Part shown: positions 39,467 through 50,481 of the stretch, piece after piece
Layout of the letters: every line of letters begins with the position of its first letter
Numbering within the stretch: position 1 is the first letter of the stretch
Assembly: GCA_019057795.1 (NCBI GenBank)
Contig: JAHLWS010000030.1
Coordinates: forward strand, 1-64,000
Direction: 5' to 3'
Source of the DNA: Promethearchaeota archaeon
GTDB taxonomy: Archaea; Asgardarchaeota; Lokiarchaeia; Sigyniarchaeales; SOKP01
DNA length: 64,000 bases
Notes under the pieces: generated by a model
The model's input: the letters and a program-made list of their open reading frames with translations, nothing else
The model's database searches: none
Told to the model about the DNA's origin: nothing
Translations under genes and position numbers: made by a program

Positions 39467-41332
39467 TCATTCCTTTCTCTTCTTTAGTGATAATTTAGGG
39501 ATAAAAAATTTGATGTTTTTCCTTTTAATAAAAAATACTAATTTAATTAGGATTATTGACAATAAAGCTATTATAAAAATAATAGCCGCAATTAAAAAAA
39601 CATCAGGATAGTCTGTATCATCAGTAAATTTTTCATAAATAGCGCCAATTCCATTACCCTCTAAGATATTTCCTGTGATTACATTAAAAGTGCTTTCTTC
39701 GAGATATATACCATATTTTTGGTTATAACTAGCGGAATTTTCTATTAATTTATTATAGTGAGAAGATAAAAGTCTAAATCCATGCTGGGTGTTATTATTA
39801 GCGGTGTTATTTGTAAAAGTGTTAAGATTGGAATAGCGGAGAGTGAATCCGTTGAGATTTCCAGTGGCTAGATTTTCTGTTAGAGTATTGTTATATGAAG
39901 AACTTAGGTAAAAACCGAGATAAGTATTATTAATCACCTCATTGCCTGAAATGGTATTGTTATCAGATGATTCAAGAGAAAATCCATGTCTGTTATCTAT
40001 TATGATATTTGCCGTCAAAATATTAATGTAAGAACAATTTAACGTCAAACCATTGGTATTTCCAGTCGCGTTATTAGCGATTAATGTATTATTAAAGGAA
40101 TTCTTGAGGTAAAATCCGTATTGGTTATTGTAAGCGGTATTATCTTTTAATCTTCCGTGAGTTACATTCTCTAAATAAAATCCATAGTAGTTATTTAATT
40201 TACCGTCGTTAACGGTTACGTCTCTGATAATAAAATGAAGATTGGTATTCTTAATATGAACTCCATGCCCTATTGTAGCATAAATTTTATAATTTTCAAT
40301 AACATAGGGATCATTTAAACTACCGTCCCCTATAAATTTATTTTCTATAGCAGTTTGATGAAAATCTAAGTTTCCATCAATATGAAGGAGGAACTTAACT
40401 ATCACCTTAATAGTGTTTGAATCTATTTCTCCGTTTATATTAAATGCCTTCATATAAAATTCATAAGTTCCAGGAGATAAATCTGTAATGTTATATTCCG
40501 TTACGGTTAATCCTTCAGCTAAAATCTCAGCATTTTGATATAGTGTATAATTGTCGGCATTTTGCGAAATCGTCCAGGTTAAGGTGAAGGTTCCGTCTGT
40601 GTCGAATTCACCAGCGTCAGATTCTAAAAAAAAAGTTTCTGGACTGTATTTAATGTCTAATATTATATTTCCCACGCAATCCACTTCAAAAATACTTCCT
40701 AATTCATTAAAAAATAACGTGTTTCGCGTAATATTGTTGTAGTTGCTGTTATCTAAATAAATTCCATATTCTAAATTACTATTAGCAGTACTGTTGGCGA
40801 GTGTATTATTATTGGAGTACCAGAATCGAAAGCCATGTAAATTGTTAATTGCCACGTTATTACTGAAGGTGTTATTATCCGAATTTACGAGGAGAAACCC
40901 CGCGAGGTTATTATCTGCTGTATTATTTTTTAATATTCCGTTAGTCACGTTGTAGAGATAAAATCCGTGATAATAATTTGAACGACCATTTGTTATGGAT
41001 ACATTTCTAACGATGAAATGGAGAGTAGTATTTCGAATTTCTATTCCGTGCTCGGATATAGCACGAATAGTATAATTTTCAATGATATAAGGATCGTTAA
41101 GACTTCCATCTCCACTAGATGCCTTAGCAGCAAGCATACCATTGCCATCAATAAATATTGATTCATCAAATGCCGATATCTTTGGTATCTTTGAATTGTG
41201 ATAAAAAATATCTTCATTAGAAGCCATGTTAACTCCTAAGAACCTAGGTGAAATGAGAAAAAGAAGGTATCCTCCAATTAGCATGCTATAGATGAGAGTA
41301 AATAAAATAACACATGTGTTTTTATTATGCAT
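39467..41332 (-). CDS. Membrane-anchored cell-surface protein: two NosD/PbH1 beta-helix domains separated by an Fn3/Ig-like domain
   Basis: N-terminal and C-terminal TM, duplicated GDGSLNDPY.IENY, G[F/I]YL..S.NNT repeats, FTLTW/LSPGTYEF. Confidence 0.85.
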   Translation of the reverse strand: MHNKNTCVILFTLIYSMLIGGYLLFLISPRFLGVNMASNEDIFYHNSKIPKISAFDESIFIDGNGMLAAKASSGDGSLNDPYIIENYTIRAISEHGIEIRNTTLHFIVRNVSITNGRSNYYHGFYLYNVTNGILKNNTADNNLAGFLLVNSDNNTFSNNVAINNLHGFRFWYSNNNTLANSTANSNLEYGIYLDNSNYNNITRNTLFFNELGSIFEVDCVGNIILDIKYSPETFFLESDAGEFDTDGTFTLTWTISQNADNYTLYQNAEILAEGLTVTEYNITDLSPGTYEFYMKAFNINGEIDSNTIKVIVKFLLHIDGNLDFHQTAIENKFIGDGSLNDPYVIENYKIYATIGHGVHIKNTNLHFIIRDVTVNDGKLNNYYGFYLENVTHGRLKDNTAYNNQYGFYLKNSFNNTLIANNATGNTNGLTLNCSYINILTANIIIDNRHGFSLESSDNNTISGNEVINNTYLGFYLSSSYNNTLTENLATGNLNGFTLRYSNLNTFTNNTANNNTQHGFRLLSSHYNKLIENSASYNQKYGIYLEESTFNVITGNILEGNGIGAIYEKFTDDTDYPDVFLIAAIIFIIALLSIILIKLVFFIKRKNIKFFIPKLSLKKRKE

Positions 41333-41641
41333 TTTAATTCTTGTTATTTTTTAATTGATATTTGAAGTCTAATTATCGTAATTATGATTCTTTTATTACC
41401 TCTTATGATGTCTGTAACTTTATTATTTGAATAATCATTATTTCTATAAATAACTACTTGTCTTATATTTAAATTTTATAATGAACATCCTAACAAATAT
41501 ATATTACTTTTTTATAAGTCTATTTTTAGAAATATGTTAGTTCTAGACCAATCATTTTAAAAAAATTAAATTATAAGGAAATAATTAGTCAATTTCTCTG
41601 AGATCATAAATTTAATTAGTTATAGTAATATATAAATTATT

Positions 41642-42943
41642 ATGCCCGATTTAGTTGTTGGAGCCGGTCTTGCGGGGCTATATAAAGCTTATAATTTATT
41701 GAAAGACGGTCATGATGTTGTTATATTGGAAAAGAAGAATTATATGGGAGGTCAATTACATACAATCAAATATGAAATTGAAAATGAAGTTTATTTTTTT
41801 GATATAGGCCCACATGTACCTCCGAAAAATCATAAGGTTTGGAATGATTTATGCGAAAGATCGAATTCTATAAATATGCCGCTACCATTAAAAGTATCTA
41901 TTAGCCTGAAACCAAAACTAAATTTAGTTTTTCCACCAGATTTGAATACTTTAAGAAAAATAAGAGTGATTGATATTCTTAACCTAATTAAGTTTATTCC
42001 TTTTTATTTATATTCTTCAATATTTAAGATTAAAGAAAAAAATCTTCAAGATTCATTAATAAATTCATGGGGATTAAAATTTTATCAAAATTATATATAC
42101 TACTTTATCTCGAATTTTTGGAAATCAGAACCTTCGAATATTTCTAAAGAATATAAGGCAAGATTTTCACCACCCAGTTATAAATATATAATTCAAAAAA
42201 TATTGGAATCTAAGGATTCAACACAAAAAAATGATAAAAATATAAATATATTTCCTTATCCAAAATATGGATGCGAAGGAGTTATTAATACTTTAAAGAA
42301 CGACATTATTGCGGATAATGGAATTATTAGAACCAATACTTCAATAACAGATCTAAGGATAATTGATGGTCAAATTGAAGTGAAATATATCCAGGAAAAA
42401 AATTCCTTTACAGAAAAATATGATAATATATATTGGGCTGCATCAATTTCAGACCTCATTCAAATTTTAAATTTCGAACATTATAAAAAATTAGAATACC
42501 GGGCATTACTCACTGTAAATGTTAGTATTAATAGAAAAGATTTGCTTGGGGATAAAATACATACTTCATATATCATGATACCGAATATTGTTTTTCATAG
42601 AGTATATGAGCCTAATAAAATCAGTCCTTATATGGCTCCAAAAAATAAAACTTCTGCTTGTTTAGAGATAACATTAGATAAAAGAATTAATAATCCAAAG
42701 GATTTAGTAAATAAATCTTTAAAACAATTTTGTTCTTTGTACAACTTAAAAAATTCAGAAATAAACCATTTAGGAAATGTATATTGCGAGGAAGCGTATC
42801 CTTTACTATTTATAGACTACAAAAAGGATTTTAATCGTTTGAAAGAAGAGTTAAAAATGAAAACTTCAAAAATCTCTTTAATTGGAAGAACAGGTCAATA
42901 TTTTCCTTATAATATTGATAAAACTCTAGATTCTATTTTATAA
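41642..42943 (+). CDS. FAD-dependent oxidoreductase (HemY / UDP-galactopyranose mutase-like)
   Basis: VVGAGLAGL, EK...GG, FDIGPH, AYP, GRTGQY. Confidence 0.8.
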   Translation: MPDLVVGAGLAGLYKAYNLLKDGHDVVILEKKNYMGGQLHTIKYEIENEVYFFDIGPHVPPKNHKVWNDLCERSNSINMPLPLKVSISLKPKLNLVFPPDLNTLRKIRVIDILNLIKFIPFYLYSSIFKIKEKNLQDSLINSWGLKFYQNYIYYFISNFWKSEPSNISKEYKARFSPPSYKYIIQKILESKDSTQKNDKNINIFPYPKYGCEGVINTLKNDIIADNGIIRTNTSITDLRIIDGQIEVKYIQEKNSFTEKYDNIYWAASISDLIQILNFEHYKKLEYRALLTVNVSINRKDLLGDKIHTSYIMIPNIVFHRVYEPNKISPYMAPKNKTSACLEITLDKRINNPKDLVNKSLKQFCSLYNLKNSEINHLGNVYCEEAYPLLFIDYKKDFNRLKEELKMKTSKISLIGRTGQYFPYNIDKTLDSIL

Positions 42944-42971
42944 CATATTGGGAAATTAACATTATTTTATT

Positions 42972-43910
42972 TTAATCATAAGGATGTTCTTTCATATAAT
43001 TTAATCCATCATTTAAATCAAAAATCTTAAAATCTGGACCAATAGTATTTTTTAATTTGCTAATATCTAATCCAGCATTTTTTGGACGGACAGCTATTTG
43101 TTTAAAGTAATTTATTGGTTCAATTAAATCTGATTTATATTTAAAAATTTCCGCACATTTAACGGCCATTTCATATCTATTCAGAATGCAATCTCCTACT
43201 GTATGATATATACCTCTGGCATCTTTTTCAATTAGCTTTAATAAGATCTGAGCTAAATTTCTTACAAAAGTTGGAGAATTAATTTGATTGGTAACCATAG
43301 AGATTTTCTCATTTTGTTTTAATTTATTTAAGATCCATGTAATAAAATTCAGTTTAGATTTATTCCACCCGTATAAGACGGCAGATCTACAGATAAGATA
43401 ATCAATTCCAGAATTAATTATAGCTAATTCTGCTTCATATTTTGTTTTACCATAGTGGCTTAAAGGATTAGGAACATCATCTTCAGTATAACCCCCATTC
43501 TCTTTTATTCCATCAAATATGAAATCGGTTGAAAGAAAGACTAATTTTGAATTACTTTTTTCACAGGCTTTTATTACATTTTTAGGCCCTTCCACATTTA
43601 TTTTTGTGGCAAATTTTTTATCTATTTCACACTGATCAACATCTGTCATTGCTGCTGTCAACAAAATGATGTCAGGAGATATATTAATAATTTTTTTTAT
43701 TATTTCCTTATTCTTCGTTATATCTATATTATAAAAAGGAATATTTTCCTGAATATTATCGTTATTCAAGTCTGAAGCTATTAAAAATAAATGATTATTA
43801 AGAACTTCTTTTTCATTCCTAAACTGAAGAATATTTGAACCTAAAAACCCATTTGCACCGATAATTAAAACTTTTTTTAAATGATTATCTATTTTTATAT
43901 TGTTTTTCAT
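42972..43910 (-). CDS. rfbD: dTDP-4-dehydrorhamnose reductase
   Basis: GANGFLG, AAMTDVD.CE, STDFIFDG, YGKTK. Confidence 0.92.
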   Translation of the reverse strand: MKNNIKIDNHLKKVLIIGANGFLGSNILQFRNEKEVLNNHLFLIASDLNNDNIQENIPFYNIDITKNKEIIKKIINISPDIILLTAAMTDVDQCEIDKKFATKINVEGPKNVIKACEKSNSKLVFLSTDFIFDGIKENGGYTEDDVPNPLSHYGKTKYEAELAIINSGIDYLICRSAVLYGWNKSKLNFITWILNKLKQNEKISMVTNQINSPTFVRNLAQILLKLIEKDARGIYHTVGDCILNRYEMAVKCAEIFKYKSDLIEPINYFKQIAVRPKNAGLDISKLKNTIGPDFKIFDLNDGLNYMKEHPYD

Positions 43911-44916
43911 AATATGTCAGATATTCTTTAGTTGTCACATTTTTTAACCACTCTTCATTATAAAGGTACCATTGAACGGTTAGTTCTAATGCTTTTTCGA
44001 ACTTTATTTCAGGCTTCCAACCTAATTCTTTAGTAATTTTATTGTGATCAATCGCATATCTTAAGTCATGACCAGGACGATCTGTTACAAAAGTTATTAG
44101 AGATTCTGGCTTATCTAATATTTTTAATATTTTTTTAACTAAATCGATATTGGAAATCTCAGAATCTCCGCCAATATTATAAATTTGTCCGATTTTTCCA
44201 TCTAATAATACTTTTAAAATAGCCTTACAATGATCATCAACATATATCCAATCTCTGATATTAATTCCTTTACCGTAGATAGGCAATTCTTTATCGTTCG
44301 TAGCATTATAAATCATTAGAGGAATAAGTTTTTCAGGAAATTGATAAGGACCATAATTATTTGAACATCGCGTAATATTTACTGGAAGATTAAAAGTTTT
44401 ATAATAAGAATTCACTAAAAGATCTGCTGATGCTTTACTTGCAGAATATGGACTATTAGGAGATAAATGAGTCGATTCAGTAAAAGGAGAATCATTAAAA
44501 TCTAATGAGCCATATACTTCATCAGTAGATATTTGAACAAATTTTTCTATTTTATGCTTTCTAGCAGCATTTAATAATGATTGAGTCCCAAAGAAATTTG
44601 TTTCACAGCATATACTTGGATTGTCAATTGAACGGTCTACATGAGATTCAGCCGCAAAATTAACTATATAATCAACTTCTTCTTTATTAATTATCTTGTC
44701 AATAGTTGCAAAATCACATATATCATTTTTATAAAATCTGTATTCATTAGGGAATTTTCTATCAATTTCTTTTAAGTTCTCTGGATTACCAGCGTAAGTT
44801 AATTTATCAACATTAATAATTTTAAAATCCTCGTTTAAACTAAGAATATATCTAATAAAATTACTCCCAATAAAGCCCATCCCGCCTGTGACTAAAATTT
44901 TTTTCATTTCAACCAA
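43885..44916 (-). CDS. rfbB: dTDP-glucose 4,6-dehydratase
   Basis: DKLTYAGN, AAESHVDRSI, STDEVYG, PYSASK, NNYGPYQFPEK, DRPGHD. Confidence 0.96.
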   Translation of the reverse strand: MVEMKKILVTGGMGFIGSNFIRYILSLNEDFKIINVDKLTYAGNPENLKEIDRKFPNEYRFYKNDICDFATIDKIINKEEVDYIVNFAAESHVDRSIDNPSICCETNFFGTQSLLNAARKHKIEKFVQISTDEVYGSLDFNDSPFTESTHLSPNSPYSASKASADLLVNSYYKTFNLPVNITRCSNNYGPYQFPEKLIPLMIYNATNDKELPIYGKGINIRDWIYVDDHCKAILKVLLDGKIGQIYNIGGDSEISNIDLVKKILKILDKPESLITFVTDRPGHDLRYAIDHNKITKELGWKPEIKFEKALELTVQWYLYNEEWLKNVTTKEYLTYYEKQYKNR

Positions 44917-44935
44917 ATTTCAACATAATTTAATT

Positions 44936-45397
44936 TTATCCCATTTTAATATCCCAGTTATAATCGATTTCTTCAGAATTATATGGCAACCGATATTCAT
45001 CGGGTTGAGTATAATTATAATACTCAGTAGGAACATTAAGTACCATCATTCTTTTATTACCAACAGCTTTAAACCCGTGCCATATATTAGGTGGTATTGT
45101 TACTAAAAGTGGATTTTTTTCTCCAAAAAATATTTCGTTAATTTTTTTATACGTAGATGATTCTTTTCGATCATCATAAAGTACTAATTTGGCGTTACCA
45201 ATTATACAGACCATATTATCCGTTTGAATTTTATGAGAATGCCAAGCTTTCACCACATTTGGAAAAGCTACAGTAATATAAGCTTGACCAAATTTCTTAA
45301 ACATCGGCCAATCTGATCTAAAGCATTCCTGTAAATATCCTCTCTCATCTAAAATAGGACTTAATTTTTTAACCAAAACACCATCAATTAAATTCAT
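44936..45397 (-). CDS. rfbC: dTDP-4-dehydrorhamnose 3,5-epimerase
   Basis: DERG, VKAWH.H..Q.D, IPP..WHGF. Confidence 0.9.
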   Translation of the reverse strand: MNLIDGVLVKKLSPILDERGYLQECFRSDWPMFKKFGQAYITVAFPNVVKAWHSHKIQTDNMVCIIGNAKLVLYDDRKESSTYKKINEIFFGEKNPLLVTIPPNIWHGFKAVGNKRMMVLNVPTEYYNYTQPDEYRLPYNSEEIDYNWDIKMG

Positions 45398-45441
45398 TAT
45401 TAATTCACTAAATACTATTTTTTTGAAAATTTAGAAAAAAT

Positions 45442-46194
45442 TTAACTTTTATTATTTAAAAATGATTTAACAAAATTACTCGATTTAATTAGAGTATCAA
45501 ATGTTCCCGCATCAGACCAGAATCCTTTAACAAAAATAGCCTTTGCTTTATTAATTTTGACGTAATAATTATTGACATCTGTAATTTCTAACTCACCCCT
45601 ATCTGAATAACCAATTTCATTTATAATTTTTTTAATTAAATCAAAAATATTTTCATTATAAAGGTATAAGCCTGTTACCGCATAATTACTCTTAGGAATT
45701 TTAGGTTTTTCTTCAATTGATTTAATAGTATTATCATTATTTAATTCAGCAACTCCAAATCTTTGAGGATCCTCGACTTTTTTTAAAAATAAACAACATT
45801 GATGTTCATTTGACTTTTCAAATTCTTCAATTTCTGATTTAAAAGCATCTTCAAATATATTATCTCCTAGAATAACAGCAATTTTATGTCCTTTTACAAT
45901 ATTTTTTGTTAAGTATAAAGCTTCTGCAATACCACCAGGTCTTTGTTGATATACATAATTAAAATTCGCATTAAATTCACTACCATCTCCTAACAATCTT
46001 ACAAAATCTCCTACACTTTCTCCGCCTAAAACAATTGTTATATCTTTTATTCCTGAACTAGTTAGCGTTTTAATAACTTTATAAATCATTGGTTCATCAT
46101 AGACGGGTAAGAGATGTTTGTTTGTAACTTTGGTTAATGGTGATAACCTTGAACCCGTACCACCAGCTAAAATAACTCCTTTAATTGTAATCAA
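45442..46194 (-). CDS. rfbA: Glucose-1-phosphate thymidylyltransferase
   Basis: GVILAGGTGSRL.PLT...NKHLLPVY, EEKP, RGELEITD, WSDAGT. Confidence 0.94.
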   Translation of the reverse strand: MITIKGVILAGGTGSRLSPLTKVTNKHLLPVYDEPMIYKVIKTLTSSGIKDITIVLGGESVGDFVRLLGDGSEFNANFNYVYQQRPGGIAEALYLTKNIVKGHKIAVILGDNIFEDAFKSEIEEFEKSNEHQCCLFLKKVEDPQRFGVAELNNDNTIKSIEEKPKIPKSNYAVTGLYLYNENIFDLIKKIINEIGYSDRGELEITDVNNYYVKINKAKAIFVKGFWSDAGTFDTLIKSSNFVKSFLNNKS

Positions 46195-46501
46195 CTATAT
46201 TTTAATTTTATTCGTTTTATTCTTTATATTTCTAATTCTTTAATATTAAATTTATTTCATAAATTTTAAGATTTTTTTGAAGTGTATTTAAACAATAATT
46301 TCTGAATCATTTTGATTATTTTTCTTAAGTCTTTTAAAATAACAATTAATGGTTAAGAAATTATATTTCTTATAATATAACAAATTAAGTAATTATTAGT
46401 GGTTCAATTCTCGTTAGCATTTTGATTTCTTTATATTGAATTTCAATTTGCTTTAAATTTTAAAATTATATTCGAAATTGAGTAAACAAAATTAACTTTG
46501 A

Positions 46502-47242
46502 TTAATTTATTCTTTTAAGATATCCATTAGGATTAGTTGTCATATAAAACTTTTCTTTTGTCTTATCAATAATGAAATTTTTATTCTCAAGTAAAAAATC
46601 TTCGATGGCTTCCATTGGACCTGGACCAAAATTTTCAAAAACGGGATGTCCATTAATATTTGAATCCTCTACGATTAAATAACAGTCTTTTGTCACCATT
46701 TTGCTGTAGATTCTTAACTCATTAAGTACATGTTCTTTTGAATGGTCAGAATCTAAGATTACTATAACTTTATCGTCCTTGTTAATTTTTTCACTTACTT
46801 GGTTTTCAATTTCTTTTGAAGTAGTTGATCCCTTTAGAAAAGTAATTCTTTGATGTTTTGGTCTGCCTTCAAACTCTTCAATATCTATTGTAATAATTCG
46901 TCCATAGTTAATCAATTCACATATATTTGCTAAAAATAGAGCACTTCCCCCTTTATATGTACCACATTCAATGATTATATCTGGTTTCAGAGATACGATA
47001 ATTTCCTGATATATCCATAAATCAAAAGGACATTTATACAATTGATTAGTTAACCAATTTGTATTTCTCCAGGTTTGATAGGGATTATTATAATAGAGTT
47101 TATGAAAATGTTCTACAATGAATTTTTCATTCAATTTATTTTGGAAGATAACATCTAGAATTTTACTTGTAGGAATAATTCTGGTAATTTTAGGTAAACT
47201 AAATTTAAGAATCTTATCTATAAGCTTTTTTTGAAAGTTCAT
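46502..47242 (-). CDS. CmcI-family methyltransferase (rhamnosyl O-methyltransferase-like)
   Basis: KCPFDLWIYQEI, IECGT..GGS, LDSDH...HV, VED, GPGPMEA. Confidence 0.88.
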   Translation of the reverse strand: MNFQKKLIDKILKFSLPKITRIIPTSKILDVIFQNKLNEKFIVEHFHKLYYNNPYQTWRNTNWLTNQLYKCPFDLWIYQEIIVSLKPDIIIECGTYKGGSALFLANICELINYGRIITIDIEEFEGRPKHQRITFLKGSTTSKEIENQVSEKINKDDKVIVILDSDHSKEHVLNELRIYSKMVTKDCYLIVEDSNINGHPVFENFGPGPMEAIEDFLLENKNFIIDKTKEKFYMTTNPNGYLKRIN

Positions 47243-47934
47243 AATTTAGGTAAGTTTTTTTTTAACGAATAAATAAAATCACTAAAAAATTCAGGATTTT
47301 TTAAATTAAGCAATTTTACTCTATTAGCTTCTAAATCTTTATAAGTAAGATTTTTGATTTCCTCTGTTGAATAGTTTAAAGTGCTTTCAGGCTTTCCTTT
47401 AACGATTATTCCAAGACCATAATCACAGTCTAATACAAATATTTTAAGATTGTCGTAATTGGATCGAAGTTGTACTATTGTTTTCCAAACATCTCCATTC
47501 CATTCTCCAGTCCAGCCAGAGACGGACTCTTTTTCTGCTTCCTCAATAGAAAATGCCGGTGTAGCTGCAGGTTCGTGTGGAGGGTTACAGTCATGTATTA
47601 CGATTATTCCATTATTAGTTAAATAATTAAGAGTATTAAGAACATCCTTTAAAGATTGTTCATAAGTATGCAATCCATCAATTAAAACAACATCAATGCC
47701 TTTTTTAATTATAATTTTTGGAATATTATTAAAAAACGCGTCACTCGTCATTTCAAAAATCTGGCGCTTTTTTTGTTTTTTTTTTTGTATTCGTATTATA
47801 GGATCAACAGCAAATTTCTTTGATGCTCTAATTTGATTAAAACATTTCCCTTCATGAATTCCTATTTCTAAATAAGTTTTAGCTCTTTTTATATTTATGA
47901 TTTCTTGTAAAACCGAAATTCTATTCATATTCAT
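47239..47934 (-). CDS. Class I SAM methyltransferase (Methyltransf_24-like)
   Basis: YLEIGI..G, IDGLHTYEQ, HDCNP, WNGDVWK. Confidence 0.88.
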   Translation of the reverse strand: MNMNRISVLQEIINIKRAKTYLEIGIHEGKCFNQIRASKKFAVDPIIRIQKKKQKKRQIFEMTSDAFFNNIPKIIIKKGIDVVLIDGLHTYEQSLKDVLNTLNYLTNNGIIVIHDCNPPHEPAATPAFSIEEAEKESVSGWTGEWNGDVWKTIVQLRSNYDNLKIFVLDCDYGLGIIVKGKPESTLNYSTEEIKNLTYKDLEANRVKLLNLKNPEFFSDFIYSLKKNLPKL

Positions 47935-48317
47935 TTATGTTTATTTATAGCTCCTATTAATATTTTTTGATTTATGATAAAATTCATAGAAAATAATAAT
48001 TGAAATATAATTATCTTTTCTCATTTCCAGAATTTTTTTACCTAATTTATTTATCTATTTTTTCGTTTGAAAGTCTCTTTAAATTTAGTTTGTGTTGATA
48101 ATATTTTAACCATTAGACTTCATTAAAGTTTAGATTATCATAAGTTATTAGGATCATATGTAGTATTTAATTTTCTATAGTCTTTAATTACATATTCCAA
48201 TTTTACTTTCACATCCAAAAGAGTTAATTCCTAAGGTATATCTCTTATTGCTTGATTTTTATATTTTTTAAAATTTCCCCATGAATATCTCTCCAATTTA
48301 ATATTTTTAATTTAAAA

Positions 48318-48971
48318 TATGAAAAGTTTTATAAAAATTACACTATGAAACAATGGAATACTGATCCTGAAAATTTAGATGCTTCAATTACTGCAAGAAT
48401 TCCTGTTCGATATAATACTGATGATAGATATTTTGATTCAAAAATTCAAGCCATGCCTTTAAATGGTTATTTTAACCTATTTAATACTCTCCTTAAAGGA
48501 ATCGAAATTAGGTATAATAATGAATTTTCAGAAGTTAAAAATGAAATCTCCTATGATAGATTAATTTATACAAGACCAATTGATGAATTTTTTAGTTATA
48601 AATACGGAAAACTCCCTTATAGATCATTGAAATTCATTTTTGAAAATCATAGGAAAGAATATTATCAAGATAACATTCATGTAAATTATCCAAATGATTT
48701 TGATTATACAAGAATAGTGGAAATCAAACATGCTACTGGCCAAAAATGTAATTCTACACCAATAGTTAAAGAATTTCCATCTCAAATAGGAAAACCTTTT
48801 TATCCGATTCCCAATCCTCAAAATCACAATTTATATTTAAAATATAATCAAACCGCTATTAAATTAAAAAATGTTTACTTTATTGGAAGATTAGCAACAT
48901 ATCAATATTTGAACATGGATCAAGTTGTAAAGCAAGCATTACAACTTTTTAATCAAATTAGAAATTCATAA
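48318..48971 (+). pseudogene. glf: UDP-galactopyranose mutase, C-terminal part only
   Basis: NYTMKQW, RIPVR..DDRYF, LPYRSL, YTRIVE.KH, GRLATYQYLNMDQ; N-terminal FAD-binding part absent. Confidence 0.88.
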
Positions 48972-48997
48972 AGATAAGAATGATCTTGTTATTATTT

Positions 48998-49951
48998 TTA
49001 CCACTTTAAGTATTCACGAATTTTCAATTGAAAGTAAATTACATTCTTAAAACGGATATTAAAATATTTCATTAGCTTTCTTTTTATTAAAGAAATTAAA
49101 ATTTCTGTAATAAAAAATAATTTAATGAACCAAAAACTCTTCTTGTAATGTTTCCTATAATATAGAACTTGACATTTCCTCGATTCATTATATCTAGAAG
49201 GTGTTGTTATCCTTTTGTAAGAACTCGAATGATCATGGAAAATTTCTGCAGTTGGGACTAGATAAATATTATACCCTCTATCTTTTATTCTTTTACATAA
49301 ATCCACATCATTATAGGATAGAGAAAAATCCGGATCGATTATATAACCCTCTTCATGAATTAGTTCCATCCTCATAATTGTACAGGCAAAAGGAACTTGA
49401 TCAATTTGAGAAACTTTGTTTAAATTTAAATTTAATGAGGAATAGGCATAATATTTCTTCATTTTTTTAGAGAAAAAATATTGATCTATCGATTTTCCTA
49501 AGCTTGTCATAAGAAAAAAATATTTATTAATGGTCCAACTCGTTGCATAATAATATAAAGGAGTATTATCAGGATTAAGTTGTTTTGCTGAGGCCATCCC
49601 AGCATCTGGATTAGTTTCCATGAACCTAATCAGTTCTAGTATTGGTGCTCCCTTTTGGTATGTATCAGGATCTAGAAAAACCCAATAACGACCTTTAGCT
49701 TTATTAATTACTTTATTTAAAACTGCTAAACCTTCATTCTTATTATTCTTAATGAAAATTAATCTCTTATTTTCAGAGTATCTATTCATTATATCACTAA
49801 AACCAAGTTGTTGTGAGTTGTTATCAATTATGAACCATATGTAATTAAGATCTTTATAGGTTTTTAAAAAAGAATCAATACTTTTTTTTAGTTTATCAGA
49901 TACGTTCCAATTAATTGTAGAAATGGTAATTTCAATTTTATTTTTATTCAT
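48998..49951 (-). CDS. GT2, rhamnosyltransferase (WbbL-like)
   Basis: INWN, IDNNS, FLDPD, YNDVDLC.R; near the rfb genes. Confidence 0.8.
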   Translation of the reverse strand: MNKNKIEITISTINWNVSDKLKKSIDSFLKTYKDLNYIWFIIDNNSQQLGFSDIMNRYSENKRLIFIKNNKNEGLAVLNKVINKAKGRYWVFLDPDTYQKGAPILELIRFMETNPDAGMASAKQLNPDNTPLYYYATSWTINKYFFLMTSLGKSIDQYFFSKKMKKYYAYSSLNLNLNKVSQIDQVPFACTIMRMELIHEEGYIIDPDFSLSYNDVDLCKRIKDRGYNIYLVPTAEIFHDHSSSYKRITTPSRYNESRKCQVLYYRKHYKKSFWFIKLFFITEILISLIKRKLMKYFNIRFKNVIYFQLKIREYLKW

Positions 49952-50481
49952 ATTATACTCTACATTATTTCATTAAAAAAAATAGCTTTAAGTATGGCTC
50001 TAAACATATTTTAAAAAGATCAACTATTATTATTAAATTTTTTAAATGATTCTTCTATTAAAAAATCATTTTAACTAATTTTCTCTTTAATTCTAAATTA
50101 TAGGTTATTTTTATAGAATTGTTAATTTCAAATAACAACTCCCTAATTTGTTATAGATTTAGTATAATTAATAAAATTATTTTATTTAATCAACAAGTCA
50201 AAAGCATTAATTACTATTATTTAAATGTATAAAAGAATGCAATTTTTTTTTTATCTCTTTTATAATATTTAATTATTAAGTAAAAACAAAATTCGTAATT
50301 ATTATGGATAGCTTGGTTTATTTGAATAATCAGAAATATCCAATTGGTAAATTCGAATTATCCTTAATAAGAAGATTTAATATAAGAAAATATATATTGA
50401 TTAATGAATTTTATTATTAAAAGAATTTTTGTCTGTATAACACAAATTTGACTTATAAATATAATTATCAGTAATAAAAAA

